Below, piece after piece: positions 45,112 through 54,646 of a DNA stretch of 64,000 nucleotides. The DNA is from an uncultured Acidobacteriota bacterium (GTDB lineage: Bacteria; Acidobacteriota; Thermoanaerobaculia; Multivoradales; UBA5704), in the NCBI GenBank assembly GCA_963761645.1, contig CAVXIG010000067.1, positions 118,760 to 182,759 of the forward strand. The letters run 5' to 3'. The notes under the pieces were generated by a model. It was given only the letters and a program-made list of their open reading frames with translations. It made no database searches and was not told where the DNA came from. The translations under genes were made by a program, and so were the position numbers. Position 1 is the first letter of the stretch; each line of letters begins with the position of its first letter.

Positions 45112-46344
45112 ATGCCCGAACGAAACGACCCTTACGTCTCCCTGCGCAACCGCAACTTCCTCTGGTTCGTCGCCAGCACGGTCGCGTTCACCCTCGGGAC
45201 GATGATCCAGGCGACGGTGGTGGCCTGGCAGGTCTACGCTCTCACCAGGGACCCGCTCTCGCTGGGGCTGGTCGGACTGGCCGAGGCGCTGCCGTTCATC
45301 GGCGCCGCCCTCTACGCGGGGCACGTCGCCGACCGCCACAACCGCAAGCACCTCTCCCTGCTGTCGATCGGCGTTCAGACGCTCGCCGCGCTGATCCTGC
45401 TCGCCTATACGGTGCGGCCGGAGGTGCTCACCGGGGGCCGGGTCTGGCCGATCTACGCGGTGGTGTTCCTCAGCGGGATCGCGCGCAGCTTCCTGCAGCC
45501 GGCCCGCACCGCGCTGAGCGCCGAGATCGTGCCGCGCGAGACCTACGCCAACGCGGTCGCCTGGCGCGCGTCGCTCTGGGAGCTCGCCGCCGTGGTGGGG
45601 CCGGCGGTGGGTGGTCTGCTCTACGGCTTCTCGGGCGCCCGCACGGCGTATGCCACCGAGGCGGCGCTCTGTCTGGCCGGGCTGATCTTCTACGCCCGCA
45701 TCGACTATACGCCCCGGCCCAGGGCGGCCCAGGAAGGGAGCATCGGCGAGAACCTCACGATCGGCATCCGGTTCCTGATCACCCAGCCGGAGCTGCTCGG
45801 CGCGCAGTTGCTCGATCTCTTCTCCGTGCTCTTCGGCGGCGCGGTGGCATTGCTGCCGATCTTCGCCTCCGAGATCCTGCACGTGGGGCCCGAGGGGCTC
45901 GGCGTGCTCCGCGCCGCTCCCGCCGCCGGCGCCGTGCTGATGTCCGTCTTCCTGGCGCACCGGAAGCTGCGGCGCGCCGGGCGCACGCTCCTCCTGTGCG
46001 TCGCCGGATTCGGGCTCTGCTGGATCTTCTTCGCGCTCTCGCCATGGTTCTGGCTGTCGCTGATCCTGCTGGCCGTCAGCGGCATGCTGGACAGCGTCAG
46101 CGTGGTGATCCGCTCGACGCTGCTGGCGATCCGCACGCCGCAGCACCTGCTGGGCCGCGTCTCGGCGGTGAACCAGATCTTCATCGGCTCGTCCAACGAG
46201 ATCGGCTCCTTCGAGTCCGGGGTGGCGGCCAAGCTTCTCGGCGCGGTAAATTCGGTGATCTTCGGCGGCCTGATGACGCTCGGAGTGGTCGGCGTCGTCG
46301 CCTGGAAGATCCCGGCGCTGCGGGATCTGGACGAGCTCGATTGA
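45112..46344 (+). CDS. MFS transporter (EntS/YbdA-like 12-TM exporter)
   Basis: Intact 410-aa ORF with 12 predicted TM helices and the MFS motif region ...GHVADRHNRK... Confidence 0.85.
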   Translation: MPERNDPYVSLRNRNFLWFVASTVAFTLGTMIQATVVAWQVYALTRDPLSLGLVGLAEALPFIGAALYAGHVADRHNRKHLSLLSIGVQTLAALILLAYTVRPEVLTGGRVWPIYAVVFLSGIARSFLQPARTALSAEIVPRETYANAVAWRASLWELAAVVGPAVGGLLYGFSGARTAYATEAALCLAGLIFYARIDYTPRPRAAQEGSIGENLTIGIRFLITQPELLGAQLLDLFSVLFGGAVALLPIFASEILHVGPEGLGVLRAAPAAGAVLMSVFLAHRKLRRAGRTLLLCVAGFGLCWIFFALSPWFWLSLILLAVSGMLDSVSVVIRSTLLAIRTPQHLLGRVSAVNQIFIGSSNEIGSFESGVAAKLLGAVNSVIFGGLMTLGVVGVVAWKIPALRDLDELD

Positions 46345-46372
46345 AGCGGTAGGATCGAGCGGGAGGATCGAA

Positions 46373-46924
46373 ATGCCCTCAGCGTTCTCGCATGCCGTCG
46401 CCGGACTGGGGATCGCCGCCTGCTTCTGCGGACCGGAGACGCCCAGGAGCCTGTGGGCGCTCGGCGCCGTCTGCGCCGCGCTGCCGGACGTCGACGTGCT
46501 CGGCTTCCAGTTCGGCATCCGCTACGGCGCCCTCTGGGGGCATCGCGGGTTCACCCACTCGATCGTCTTCGCGGCGGCGCTCGCCGGACTGATCACGGCG
46601 CTGATCCTGGGGCTCGGCTTCCGGCACGGCTTGCCGGGGCTGCCCGGATTGCCGCCCTGGCGGCTCTGGCTCTTCCTGTTCCTCGCCACCATCTCCCACG
46701 GCCTTCTGGACATGCTGACCGACGGCGGCCTGGGGGTGGCCCTGCTGGCCCCCTTCGACAACCGCCGCTTCTTCTTCCCCTTCCAGCCGATCGAGGTCGC
46801 CTCGTTCGGAGTCGCCTGGCTTTTCACCCGCCGCGGCGCGCTCGTCCTGGCGAGCGAGCTCCGCTGGGTCTGGCTCCCCTCGGCGGCGCTCGCGGCGGTC
46901 GCGGTGCTCGTCCGGCGGACCTAG
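46373..46924 (+). CDS. membrane-bound metal-dependent hydrolase, YdjM/DUF457 family
   Basis: Intact 183-aa ORF MPSAFSHAVAGLGIAAC...HRGFTHSIVFAA...ISHGLLDMLTDGG with His-rich motifs typical of DUF457. Confidence 0.8.
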   Translation: MPSAFSHAVAGLGIAACFCGPETPRSLWALGAVCAALPDVDVLGFQFGIRYGALWGHRGFTHSIVFAAALAGLITALILGLGFRHGLPGLPGLPPWRLWLFLFLATISHGLLDMLTDGGLGVALLAPFDNRRFFFPFQPIEVASFGVAWLFTRRGALVLASELRWVWLPSAALAAVAVLVRRT

Positions 46925-47211
46925 GCAGCCGGCGCCAGCTTGTCGATCTCCGCGAGATCGGCCGGGGTGAGCCGCCAGCCGGCGGCCTTGACGTTGGCTT
47001 GCACCTGCTCGGGGGAGGTGGCGCCAGCGATCACCGAGGCGATCGGCGGATGGCTCAGCAGCCAGGAGAAGGCGAGCTCGAGCAGGGAGTGGCCGCGGGA
47101 GGCCGCGAAGTTGGCCAGCTCCTCGACGATGGCAAGGCCGAGCCCGATGATCGAAACCTCGAGGGAGCCGATCTTGCGGTTTTCCATGTTGAATCCCTCC
47201 GGAATCAGCAT
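46921..47211 (-). pseudogene. aldo/keto reductase remnant (internal in-frame deletion)
   Basis: The 96-aa ORF joins an AKR N-terminus (MENRKIGSLEVSIIGLGL) directly to an AKR C-terminus (...ELANFAASRGHSLLELAFSWLLSHPPIASVIAGATSPEQVQANVKAA...), skipping ~230 aa of barrel. It overlaps both neighbouring genes by a few nt. Confidence 0.5.
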
Positions 47212-48714
47212 CCACCGTGCGTAACGGGGGCCGAGGCGATCAGCTCTTGCAGGACTTCGGGCTGCACGGGCTTGACCAGGTGATGACCGAAACCCGCCTC
47301 CTGGCTATGGATCCGGTCGCTGTCCTGGCCATAACCGGTGACGGCCACGATGAACACGTCCCGGAAACTGGGCAGTTTCCGCATGCCGGGCGACCTCATA
47401 GCCGCTCATGCCCGGCAGCCCGATATCGAGCAGGACGATCTCGGGCCGGAATTCCACGGCCTGGGCGAGGGCCTCCGTTCCGTTCAGGCGCTCCGGACCT
47501 CGTGCCCCCAGAGCTGGAGGAGAAGCTCCAGGGTCTCCGTGGCGTCCCGGTTGTCGTCCACCACGAGCACGCGGCGGGAGCTGGCCGGCCCGCTCCCGGC
47601 CGGCTGGGGCAGGCGGCGCCGGGGCCTGAACGGCGAGGAGCGGCAGGCGGACGATGAACTCGCTGCCGAGACCGGAGCCCTCGCTCCGAACCTCGACCGA
47701 GCCGCCGTGCAGCTTCACCAGCCGGTGCACCATGGTGAGGCCGATGCCGAGGCCGCCTTCCGTCCGGTCCAGCGAGCGATCCCCCTGCGTGAACAGGTCG
47801 AAGACGTTCGGCAGCAGCTCGGCCGGGATGCCGATGCCGGTGTCATGGACCCGGATCACCGCCATCGCCCCTTCCCTCTCCACCGTCAACCGGAGGTGAC
47901 CGCCTTGGGTGTAAATTTGGCCGCATTGTTAAGCAGGTTCATCACGACCTGCGAGAGCCGGGTCAGATCGCCTTCGATCCGCAGAGGCTCGTCCGGAAGC
48001 CGGACCTCGAGGGATGTTCGCGGGAGTCGATCAGCGGCTGGCTCGATTCGACCGCGCTGGTCACGATCTGCGCGATCTCCAGCGGCTCTCTCTGCAGCGT
48101 GATCTTGCCGATGGCGATCCGGCTCACGTCCAGGAGGTCGTCCACCAGCCGGGTCAGATGCGTGACCTGGCGGTCGAGCACGGTCCTGGCCCAGTCAGGG
48201 CGGATTCGTCGACGCCGTTCATCCGCATCACGCTGAGCGCGTTGCGGATCGGCGCCAGCGGGTTGCGCAGCTCGTGGGACAGCATGGCGAGGAACTCGTT
48301 CCTGCGCAGGTCGGCCTCCTCGAGCATTTCGACCGCTTGCGCTCGGTCAGGTCGCGGGTGATCTTGGCGAAGCCGCGCAAGCCGCTTCTCGCCGTCGTAC
48401 AGGGCGGTGATGACGACGTTGGCCCAGAAGGCCGAGCCGTCCTTGCGGACCCGCCAGCCCTCGTCCTCGAACCGTCCTTCCGACCGGGCTATCCGCAGCT
48501 CGTGCTCCGGCCAGCCGCGCGCGAGGGCATCGGCCGGATAGAAGAGGGAGAAGTGCCGCCCCAGGATCTCCTCGGCCTGGTAGCCCTTGATCAGCTGCGC
48601 GCCGCTGTTCCAACTGGCGATCTTGCCCTCGGGGTCGAGCATGAAGATGGCGTAGTCCTTCACCCCCTCCACCAGCAACCGGAACCGCTCCTCGCTCTGC
48701 GGATTTCTCTTCAT
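47205..48714 (-). CDS. hybrid sensor histidine kinase (PAS-HisKA-HATPase-receiver), frameshifted
   Basis: PAS plus H-box ...[17 protein letters not shown] (48154..48714). HisKA remainder (47963..48181). HATPase_c ...[25 protein letters not shown]...[19 protein letters not shown] plus receiver start (47305..47889). Receiver end ...[29 protein letters not shown] (47205..47399). Confidence 0.7.
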
Positions 48715-48744
48715 TCCATGCCCTCAGGAGTACGGGTCAGGGTG

Positions 48745-51114
48745 TCATCTCGTCTTCGAAAGCACCTCGGCATCCGGATTGAACGTCAGGCTCTTCGGTT
48801 TCGCGGCGAACGCCAGCGGAAAGCTCTGCACGGATCGATCCACCATCACCCGGCGGCGCTCGATACGGCCGTCGGCGTACTCGATGGCGACCGGAACGGA
48901 CATCTTGAAACCGGCGGGGACATCGGACTGGCTGACCTTGAGCGTGGCCACGTACTTCCCCTCGGCGTTCGGCGATGCCGCGAGGTCGTAGCTCGAGCGG
49001 TAGGTGGGGACCGCCATGCCGTCCACCCACTCGTCGAAGAACCAGGACCAGTCGCCGGGGACGTGGCGGGCGAGCACCGCCTCGAAATCACCGGTGGACG
49101 GCGCCTTGCCCTGGTAAGTGTGGATGAAATCGCGCAGGACGTCGAGGAAGGCCTGATCGCCGCCGGTCTGGTCGCGCAGCATGCCGCGCAGCATGTGGAG
49201 CACCAGGGCGCCCTTGCCGTAGACCTGGGAGCCGTAGGCGGTCGGCACCTCGCCGGTGTCCGCCCGCCAGCCATGGCCGATCGGACCGGTGCGGTCGCCA
49301 TAGGCGCGGTTGGCGAGGTTTACGTCCATGCGGGTGAACTTGCTGAAGCCGGACTTGATCGAGCCGTTCTGCTCGTCGTTGTAGGCGTGGATGATCTCCT
49401 GGAGGTAGCGCGGGCCGTCCTTCACCGTCGACTCGACGAACATCATCCCCGAATACTCCGCGAAGGCCTCCCCCAGCCAGGCGTCGCGGTAGCTCGCGGC
49501 CCCCACCAGAACGCCCCAGAACTGGTGCGCCGCCTCGTGCGCCCGGAACAGCTCCCCGACTCCCGGCCCCAGGATGTCGAAGCTCTTCTCGGCGAGCTGG
49601 ATGAAGCCGTCGAACGCCTGGCCGTGCCCCGCGGCGATGCTGGAGACGTAGATGGGCTCGTCCGGCAGCTTCGTATCGAACAGCTTCTGGTAGAAGTCGA
49701 GGCTGTCGATCACGTCCTGCCCCACCTCGCGGAAACGGCCGCCGCGGCTCACCTCGACCTTGGAGCCGAAGCAGATGACGTCCGGCACGCCGTCGCGGGT
49801 CAGCTTCTCCTCGTGGAAGTGGTCGGAGTAGGTGAAGGTCAGCATCTTGACCGGATGGTCGACGATCCAGACGGAGGTCGAGGCCTTCCCCTCCTCCCCG
49901 CCGCTCCCCTCTTCCCGGCGCCCCATGGCCCGCACCTCGAACTTCTTGCGCGTGGTCAGCTCCAGGCGGGCGGTATGGGTGTCGAGGAGGATGGTCTCGT
50001 CCCCTTCGGTGCTCGGATACCAGTCCCGCCCCGCCGCGAAGTTGCGGATGTCCATCTCGTATTCGAGATCGAGCCGCCGCTCCACCCCCTTGGCGAGGGG
50101 CTGGTCGAGCAGGACGATCAGCGAGCCGTCGTAGAGCCGGTCGTCGAGGCTGGCGCGGCGGGCACCGACGTGATCGCGCAGGACGGGCAGGGGCTTCCCC
50201 CCCTCGCTCACCGACGTCACCTTGGCGAAGTTGTGGAGGTAGAGCTGCACGGCCCGCGCGCCGTCCCGCCGCGGCAGCAGGCGGACGCCGACCTTGAACT
50301 TCCCCTTCATCCAGTCCTTGTCGCGGCCCCCCTCGGTGAGGTCGACGGCGATGTCGAAGTGCTGGAGATCGACCGCCGGCTGCCAGCGGCTGGTGGGGCG
50401 CCCCCGCTCGTCCCGCTCCGCGGGGCGGTCCAGGCTCACCCAGACCTCGATGGCGGGGTGCGAGGAGTTGAAAGTTTCGAGATGGATCTCCTCCAGGCGC
50501 TGGGCGTCGTAGTCGAAGGCGACCCAGCCGAAGTCGCCGGTCTTCATGTCGGCCCGGAGATAGCGGTCGCCGGGGTCGGCGAGGGCTTCGACGATCCGGG
50601 CGTCGGCGTCGTAGACCCGCTGGGTGAGCCAGTGCTCGTGGCGGTCGCGGGCCAGCTTGTTGACCGCGAAGCTGGCGGCGGCCGGGACCTTGGCGGGATC
50701 GAGCGGCAGATCGCCGGGAGCGCCGGAGGAGCGGAGGACGAGGGCGGTGAAGGGCTCGTCGACCCCGGCGAGATCGGGCCGCCGGGCGAAGCGCCGGAGT
50801 TGGGCGAGCTCCGCGGCGTCGGGCACGGCCATCTGAAATCGCCCCTTCCCCTCGAAGACCAGGCCGGTGACGGCGCCGCCGGAGGTGGGCTCCTGCGAGC
50901 CAGATCTTGCCGGATTCGAAGGTCCACGTGGCCCCCTCGACCGTCCAGGTGAGGCCGCCGGAGGGCACCGCGACCGGATCGGAGCGGAAACGCCATTTCT
51001 GCAGGCGGTCGTAATCGTCCCGCAGGTGGGAAAGGACTGGGCGGTCTGGGCGGCGGCGGGGAGAGCGAGGGCGAGAAGGAAAACCGACGGCAGGATGGCG
51101 CGTTTGGGGTGCAT
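48745..51114 (-). CDS. M1-family zinc aminopeptidase (aminopeptidase N-like), secreted; N-terminal indels
   Basis: ATG 51114 gives an MHPKRAILPSVFLLALALPAAAQ signal peptide. HEAAHQFWG...WLGEAFAEY forms the HExxH-x18-E zinc site. The N-terminal ~60 aa are scrambled between three frames (ORFs 48745..51231, 49088..50968, 50544..50996). Confidence 0.8.
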   Translation of the reverse strand: MHPKRAILPSVFLLALALPAAAQTAQSFPTCGTITTACRNGVSAPIRSRCPPAASPGRSRGPRGPSNPARSGSQEPTSGGAVTGLVFEGKGRFQMAVPDAAELAQLRRFARRPDLAGVDEPFTALVLRSSGAPGDLPLDPAKVPAAASFAVNKLARDRHEHWLTQRVYDADARIVEALADPGDRYLRADMKTGDFGWVAFDYDAQRLEEIHLETFNSSHPAIEVWVSLDRPAERDERGRPTSRWQPAVDLQHFDIAVDLTEGGRDKDWMKGKFKVGVRLLPRRDGARAVQLYLHNFAKVTSVSEGGKPLPVLRDHVGARRASLDDRLYDGSLIVLLDQPLAKGVERRLDLEYEMDIRNFAAGRDWYPSTEGDETILLDTHTARLELTTRKKFEVRAMGRREEGSGGEEGKASTSVWIVDHPVKMLTFTYSDHFHEEKLTRDGVPDVICFGSKVEVSRGGRFREVGQDVIDSLDFYQKLFDTKLPDEPIYVSSIAAGHGQAFDGFIQLAEKSFDILGPGVGELFRAHEAAHQFWGVLVGAASYRDAWLGEAFAEYSGMMFVESTVKDGPRYLQEIIHAYNDEQNGSIKSGFSKFTRMDVNLANRAYGDRTGPIGHGWRADTGEVPTAYGSQVYGKGALVLHMLRGMLRDQTGGDQAFLDVLRDFIHTYQGKAPSTGDFEAVLARHVPGDWSWFFDEWVDGMAVPTYRSSYDLAASPNAEGKYVATLKVSQSDVPAGFKMSVPVAIEYADGRIERRRVMVDRSVQSFPLAFAAKPKSLTFNPDAEVLSKTR

Positions 51115-51704
51115 CGGGGAGAAGTTTAACGGATCAGAGGGCGGAGAGTGAACGGGCGAGCATGATCGGCATGGACAGAAGGTGAGCCATTTGACGAGGA
51201 CCTCTCCGCGCGCCGAAAAGATATGCGGCAACAGCTCAGCAGCTCTCGGGGAGCTGATTCACTGACGAGAAGGGCGGAGCGCAAACGGGGGAGTCGTAGC
51301 CGGAGCTGGGGCCTCAAGCGGCCCGATACGCTGAAGAGTCTCGAGACGAGGATGACTTCTCGACGCTGACAGTCGCGGCAGGCTCCCGCGTCCTCGACGA
51401 GATCTCATCACACTCACGTTCATAGTGCCGCAGGTTTCCTGCAAAGACGGGGCGGTCTGTCGCGGCGGCTGGGAGGTCGAGGGCTATGAGGAGGCGGGAG
51501 GGAGTATGGCGCGGTTCGGAAGCTGGGGAGAAGTGCAGCGGATCAGGGCGTTGAGGCAGTTGGGGCGCGAATCCGTGGTCGGGTTCAAGGATGGCCGCCG
51601 CAGGGCGTGATGGCCTTCGGAATCACGTCTGCTGCCATATTCTTCCTCTGAAACCTTTCCCGGGCTCCAGCATCCAAGCGGCATAGGAGGGACGTAGTCT
51701 AGCC

Positions 51705-52559
51705 ATGTCCAATTGGGAAACCCTGGGCGCGGTGGTGGAGCCGCGCGATTTGCTCGACACCCGGCTGCAGCTCCACTGGGCGGCGCAGGCCGCGGCGGCG
51801 GTCGGCAAACAGCTCCTGCCTCATCAGCCGGACTTCAGCGAGCAGAGCCTGGAATGGCTGGCAGGCTCCCGCGTCCTCGCGCAGGGTGTGGTGGCCGGAG
51901 CGCGGCCGTTCCGCTCCGCGATCCGCCTGGGGAGTCCGGCGCTTCTCCTGCTCGGCGAGGACGGGGAGACGCTGCGCGAGCTGCCCCTGGAGGGGCGCAC
52001 GCTCGACGGGGCTTACGAGTGGGTGCGACGGGAAGTCGAATCGCTCCGCGGCCGGCCGCTCGGAATGCCTCTGGAGCGCCCGGAGGGGCTTCCTGTCCAT
52101 CCGGTGAGCGCCGGGGCGCCGTTCTCGTTCACCGGTCCCGCCGCCGCCGAGCTGGAGCGCTACTACGCCGGCTCCGACCGGCTGCTGCGCGCGCTTCGCG
52201 AGCGGAATTCCGGCGCGTCGCCGGTGGCCTGCTGGCCTCACCACTTCGACATCGCGACGCTGATCCGGCTGAATCCGGGCGCGGACCCCGAGACCGCCCG
52301 CTCGATCGGCGTTGGCCTGAGCCCGGGGGACGGCGGAAATCCCGAGCCCTATTTCTATGTGCTCCCCTGGCCCCGGCCGGCGGGAGATCTGCCGGAGCTC
52401 GACGGCGGCCGGTGGCATACCGGCGATTGGGTGGGCGCGGTGCTGGCCGCATCAGATTTCACGAAAGCGGGCTCGAACGGCGGCCAGCGCGAACGGATCG
52501 AACGTTTTCTCAATTCAGCGGTCGCCGCTTGCCGCGGGCTGCTGGGAGGCCGGGCATGA
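51705..52559 (+). CDS. conserved hypothetical protein (unknown fold), coupled to downstream Rieske-flavodoxin gene
   Basis: Intact 284-aa ORF MSNWETLGAVVEPRDLLDTRLQLHWAAQ...CWPHHFDIATLI...NPEPYFYVLPWP... Its stop TGA 52557-52559 overlaps the ATG 52556-52558 of the next gene. Confidence 0.6.
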   Translation: MSNWETLGAVVEPRDLLDTRLQLHWAAQAAAAVGKQLLPHQPDFSEQSLEWLAGSRVLAQGVVAGARPFRSAIRLGSPALLLLGEDGETLRELPLEGRTLDGAYEWVRREVESLRGRPLGMPLERPEGLPVHPVSAGAPFSFTGPAAAELERYYAGSDRLLRALRERNSGASPVACWPHHFDIATLIRLNPGADPETARSIGVGLSPGDGGNPEPYFYVLPWPRPAGDLPELDGGRWHTGDWVGAVLAASDFTKAGSNGGQRERIERFLNSAVAACRGLLGGRA

Positions 52560-53717
52560 GCAACGAAGCGCGCTGGCACGATCTGGGCTCCGTGGAGGAG
52601 CTTGCGCGGCACCGGTTGCGGCAGATCACCATCGGCCGCACGAAGATCGCGTTGACCTGCCAGGACGGCCGGTTCGGGGCGATCTCGGGAATCTGCAACC
52701 ACGCCGGCGGACCGCTCGGCGACGGGCACCACGATGGCGACTACGTGGTCTGCCCCTGGCATCACTGGAAGTTCCACTCCCGGACCGGCGAGGGGGAGCC
52801 CGGCTTCGAGCAGGACTGCGTGCCGAGCTACGAGCTGCGGGAAGAGGAGGGGCGGCTCTGGATCAACCTGATGCCGGTGACGCGGCGCCACAAGCTGCCG
52901 CACGACGCCGCATCCGCTCGCCCGGCCGGTGCGCCGGGAGGACGGGCCGGTGCGCGTGCTGGGAATCTCGACGACGGTGATGGACCCCGCCTATCCCCGC
53001 TACTCCACCTCCGAGGCGCTGCTGGAGACGGCGCTCGCCGCGGCCGGCGAGATGGGAGCCGAGGCCCGCTGCCTGCGGCTTTCAGACCTCAAGTTCCGCG
53101 CCTGCGAGGGGTACTACTCGAAGAGCGCCCACGCCTGCACCTGGCCGTGCTCGATCACCCAGATGGACCCGGCCGACGAGATGACCGAGGTCTACGAGGG
53201 GATCGTCCACTGGGCCGACGTGATCCTGGTCGGAACGCCGATCCGCTGGGGCTCGGCGAGCTCGCTCTACTACAAGATGGTCGAGCGGATGAACTGCGTG
53301 CAGAACCAGGTGACGATCCGCAACCGGGTGCTGCTGCGCAACAAGGTGGCGGCGTTCATCATCACCGGCGGGCAGGACAACGTCCAGGCGGTGGCCGGCC
53401 AAATGCTGGGCTTCTTCGGCGAGATCGGCTGCCTGTTCCCGCAGTTCCCCTACATCGCCCACTCGCGCGGCTGGTCGGCCGAGGACATGGAGCGCAACAT
53501 CGCCTTCGTGCAGCAGAGCGAATCGCTCCACCAGGCCGCCCGCGAGCTGGCGGCCCGCGCGGTGAACACCTCGAAGGTTCTGCTGATGACGCAGGTGGAG
53601 ACCGAGAAGGTGGCCCGCGGCGGCCGCAAGGGCAATCAGCCGATGGCCCCGGAGTCGCCGGCGGAGATGGCGGCGGGGGTGGAGAGGATGAGGGCTGCTA
53701 GACTCCCGCCCCGATGA
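52556..53717 (+). CDS. Rieske [2Fe-2S] domain fused to flavodoxin-like NAD(P)H-dependent FMN reductase (one frameshift)
   Basis: Rieske motifs CNHAGGPL...CPWHHWKF (ORF 51713..53701 frame). Then, after a shift near ~52925, ...VRVLGISTTVMDPAYPRYSTSEALLE...ADVILVGTPIRWGSAS...AAFIITGGQD... (ORF 52929..53717), a NADPH-dependent FMN reductase/flavodoxin-like fold. Confidence 0.65.
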
Positions 53718-53829
53718 AAGGTCCAAGACGCGCACTCCCCCTGATGCCATCGCCGCCCGGCCACGCTCCGGCTGCTGCTGTCCTCTTCCTGCTCCCTCCT
53801 CTGTCTGCTGCGAAGCTGTCGTATCTGTT

Positions 53830-54345
53830 CGGCTCGACGGCCCCTTTCACACCTTCTTCCTTCCCCGGCCGGAGCCGCCAAGCATCTGGGTCGCCGGCGT
53901 GTCGGGCCTGTTCACCCAGGAGTTCTACCGCTCGGCCGCCGCGCATCTCACCGACAACGGGGTCCTCTGCCAGTGGGTGCCTCTCTACGAGATGGAGCGG
54001 CAGGACTTCCGGACCATGCTGGCCACCATCAGCAGCGTCTTCCCGAACGTCGCCTTCTGGCAGGTGGGTAGGGATGTGATCCTGCTCGCCTCGCCGCAGC
54101 CGTTCCGGCTGGAGCTCAAGCCGACGGTGGAGCGGCTGCGCAACCCCGCCCTCGCCCGCGACTTCTCGGCCCTCGGCCTCACCATGCGGTCGGTGGTCGA
54201 TTTCCTGACCACCCCCGAGGTGCGCCCCGACCAGGTGCAGGGCATCCTCGGCGGCGAGAAGACGGTCCTCAACGTGGACGACAAGCCGGTGCTGGAGTTC
54301 TCGACGGCGCGGAATCTGTACGAGTTGGTGAAGCGCAGGAAGTAG
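53830..54345 (+). pseudogene. spermidine-synthase-like protein, C-terminal fragment only
   Basis: ORF 53899..54345 ...IWVAGVSGLFTQEFYRSAAAHLTDNGVLCQWVPLYEM...NVAFWQVG... matches the C-terminal third of spermidine-synthase-family (aminopropyltransferase-like) proteins. No N-terminal Rossmann/membrane region precedes it. Confidence 0.45.
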
Positions 54346-54364
54346 GGCCTTCCTCTGGGAATGC

Positions 54365-54628
54365 AGGGGTGGGGCTCGTCCCCGCCCTCGCCCCGAAAGG
54401 GCGAAATTTGAATAGCCTGGGGTTTTAACCCCAGGTAGGCGGCCTCCCCTTTTCCATACCCGCCCTGAGGGGGCGGTGCCTTTCAGCGGCAATCCCTCGG
54501 TTCAGGAAAAGTTGGGTCCCGCCCCTTCAGGGCGGGTGGGGATGGGGGGACTGCCTACCTGGGGTTGAAACCCCAGGCTATTCAAATTCCGCCCTTTCAG
54601 GGCGGGGGAAGGGACAAGCCCCTCCCCT
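54365..54628. repeat. MITE-like element / long nested inverted repeat with REP-type GC palindromes
   Basis: Left arm 54365-54430 (ggggtggggctcgtccccgccctcgccccgaaagggcgaaatttgaatagcctggggttttaaccccaggtaggc) is the near-exact reverse complement of right arm 54553-54628 (gcctacctggggttgaaaccccaggctattcaaatttcgccctttcagggcgggggaagggacaagcccctcccc). Each arm contains the 20-bp palindrome cctggggtt(t/g)aaaccccagg. The 122-bp core holds two more cccgccc-N4-gggcgg palindromes. Confidence 0.6.
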
Positions 54629-54646
54629 ACATTTCTTGCCAGCCCC

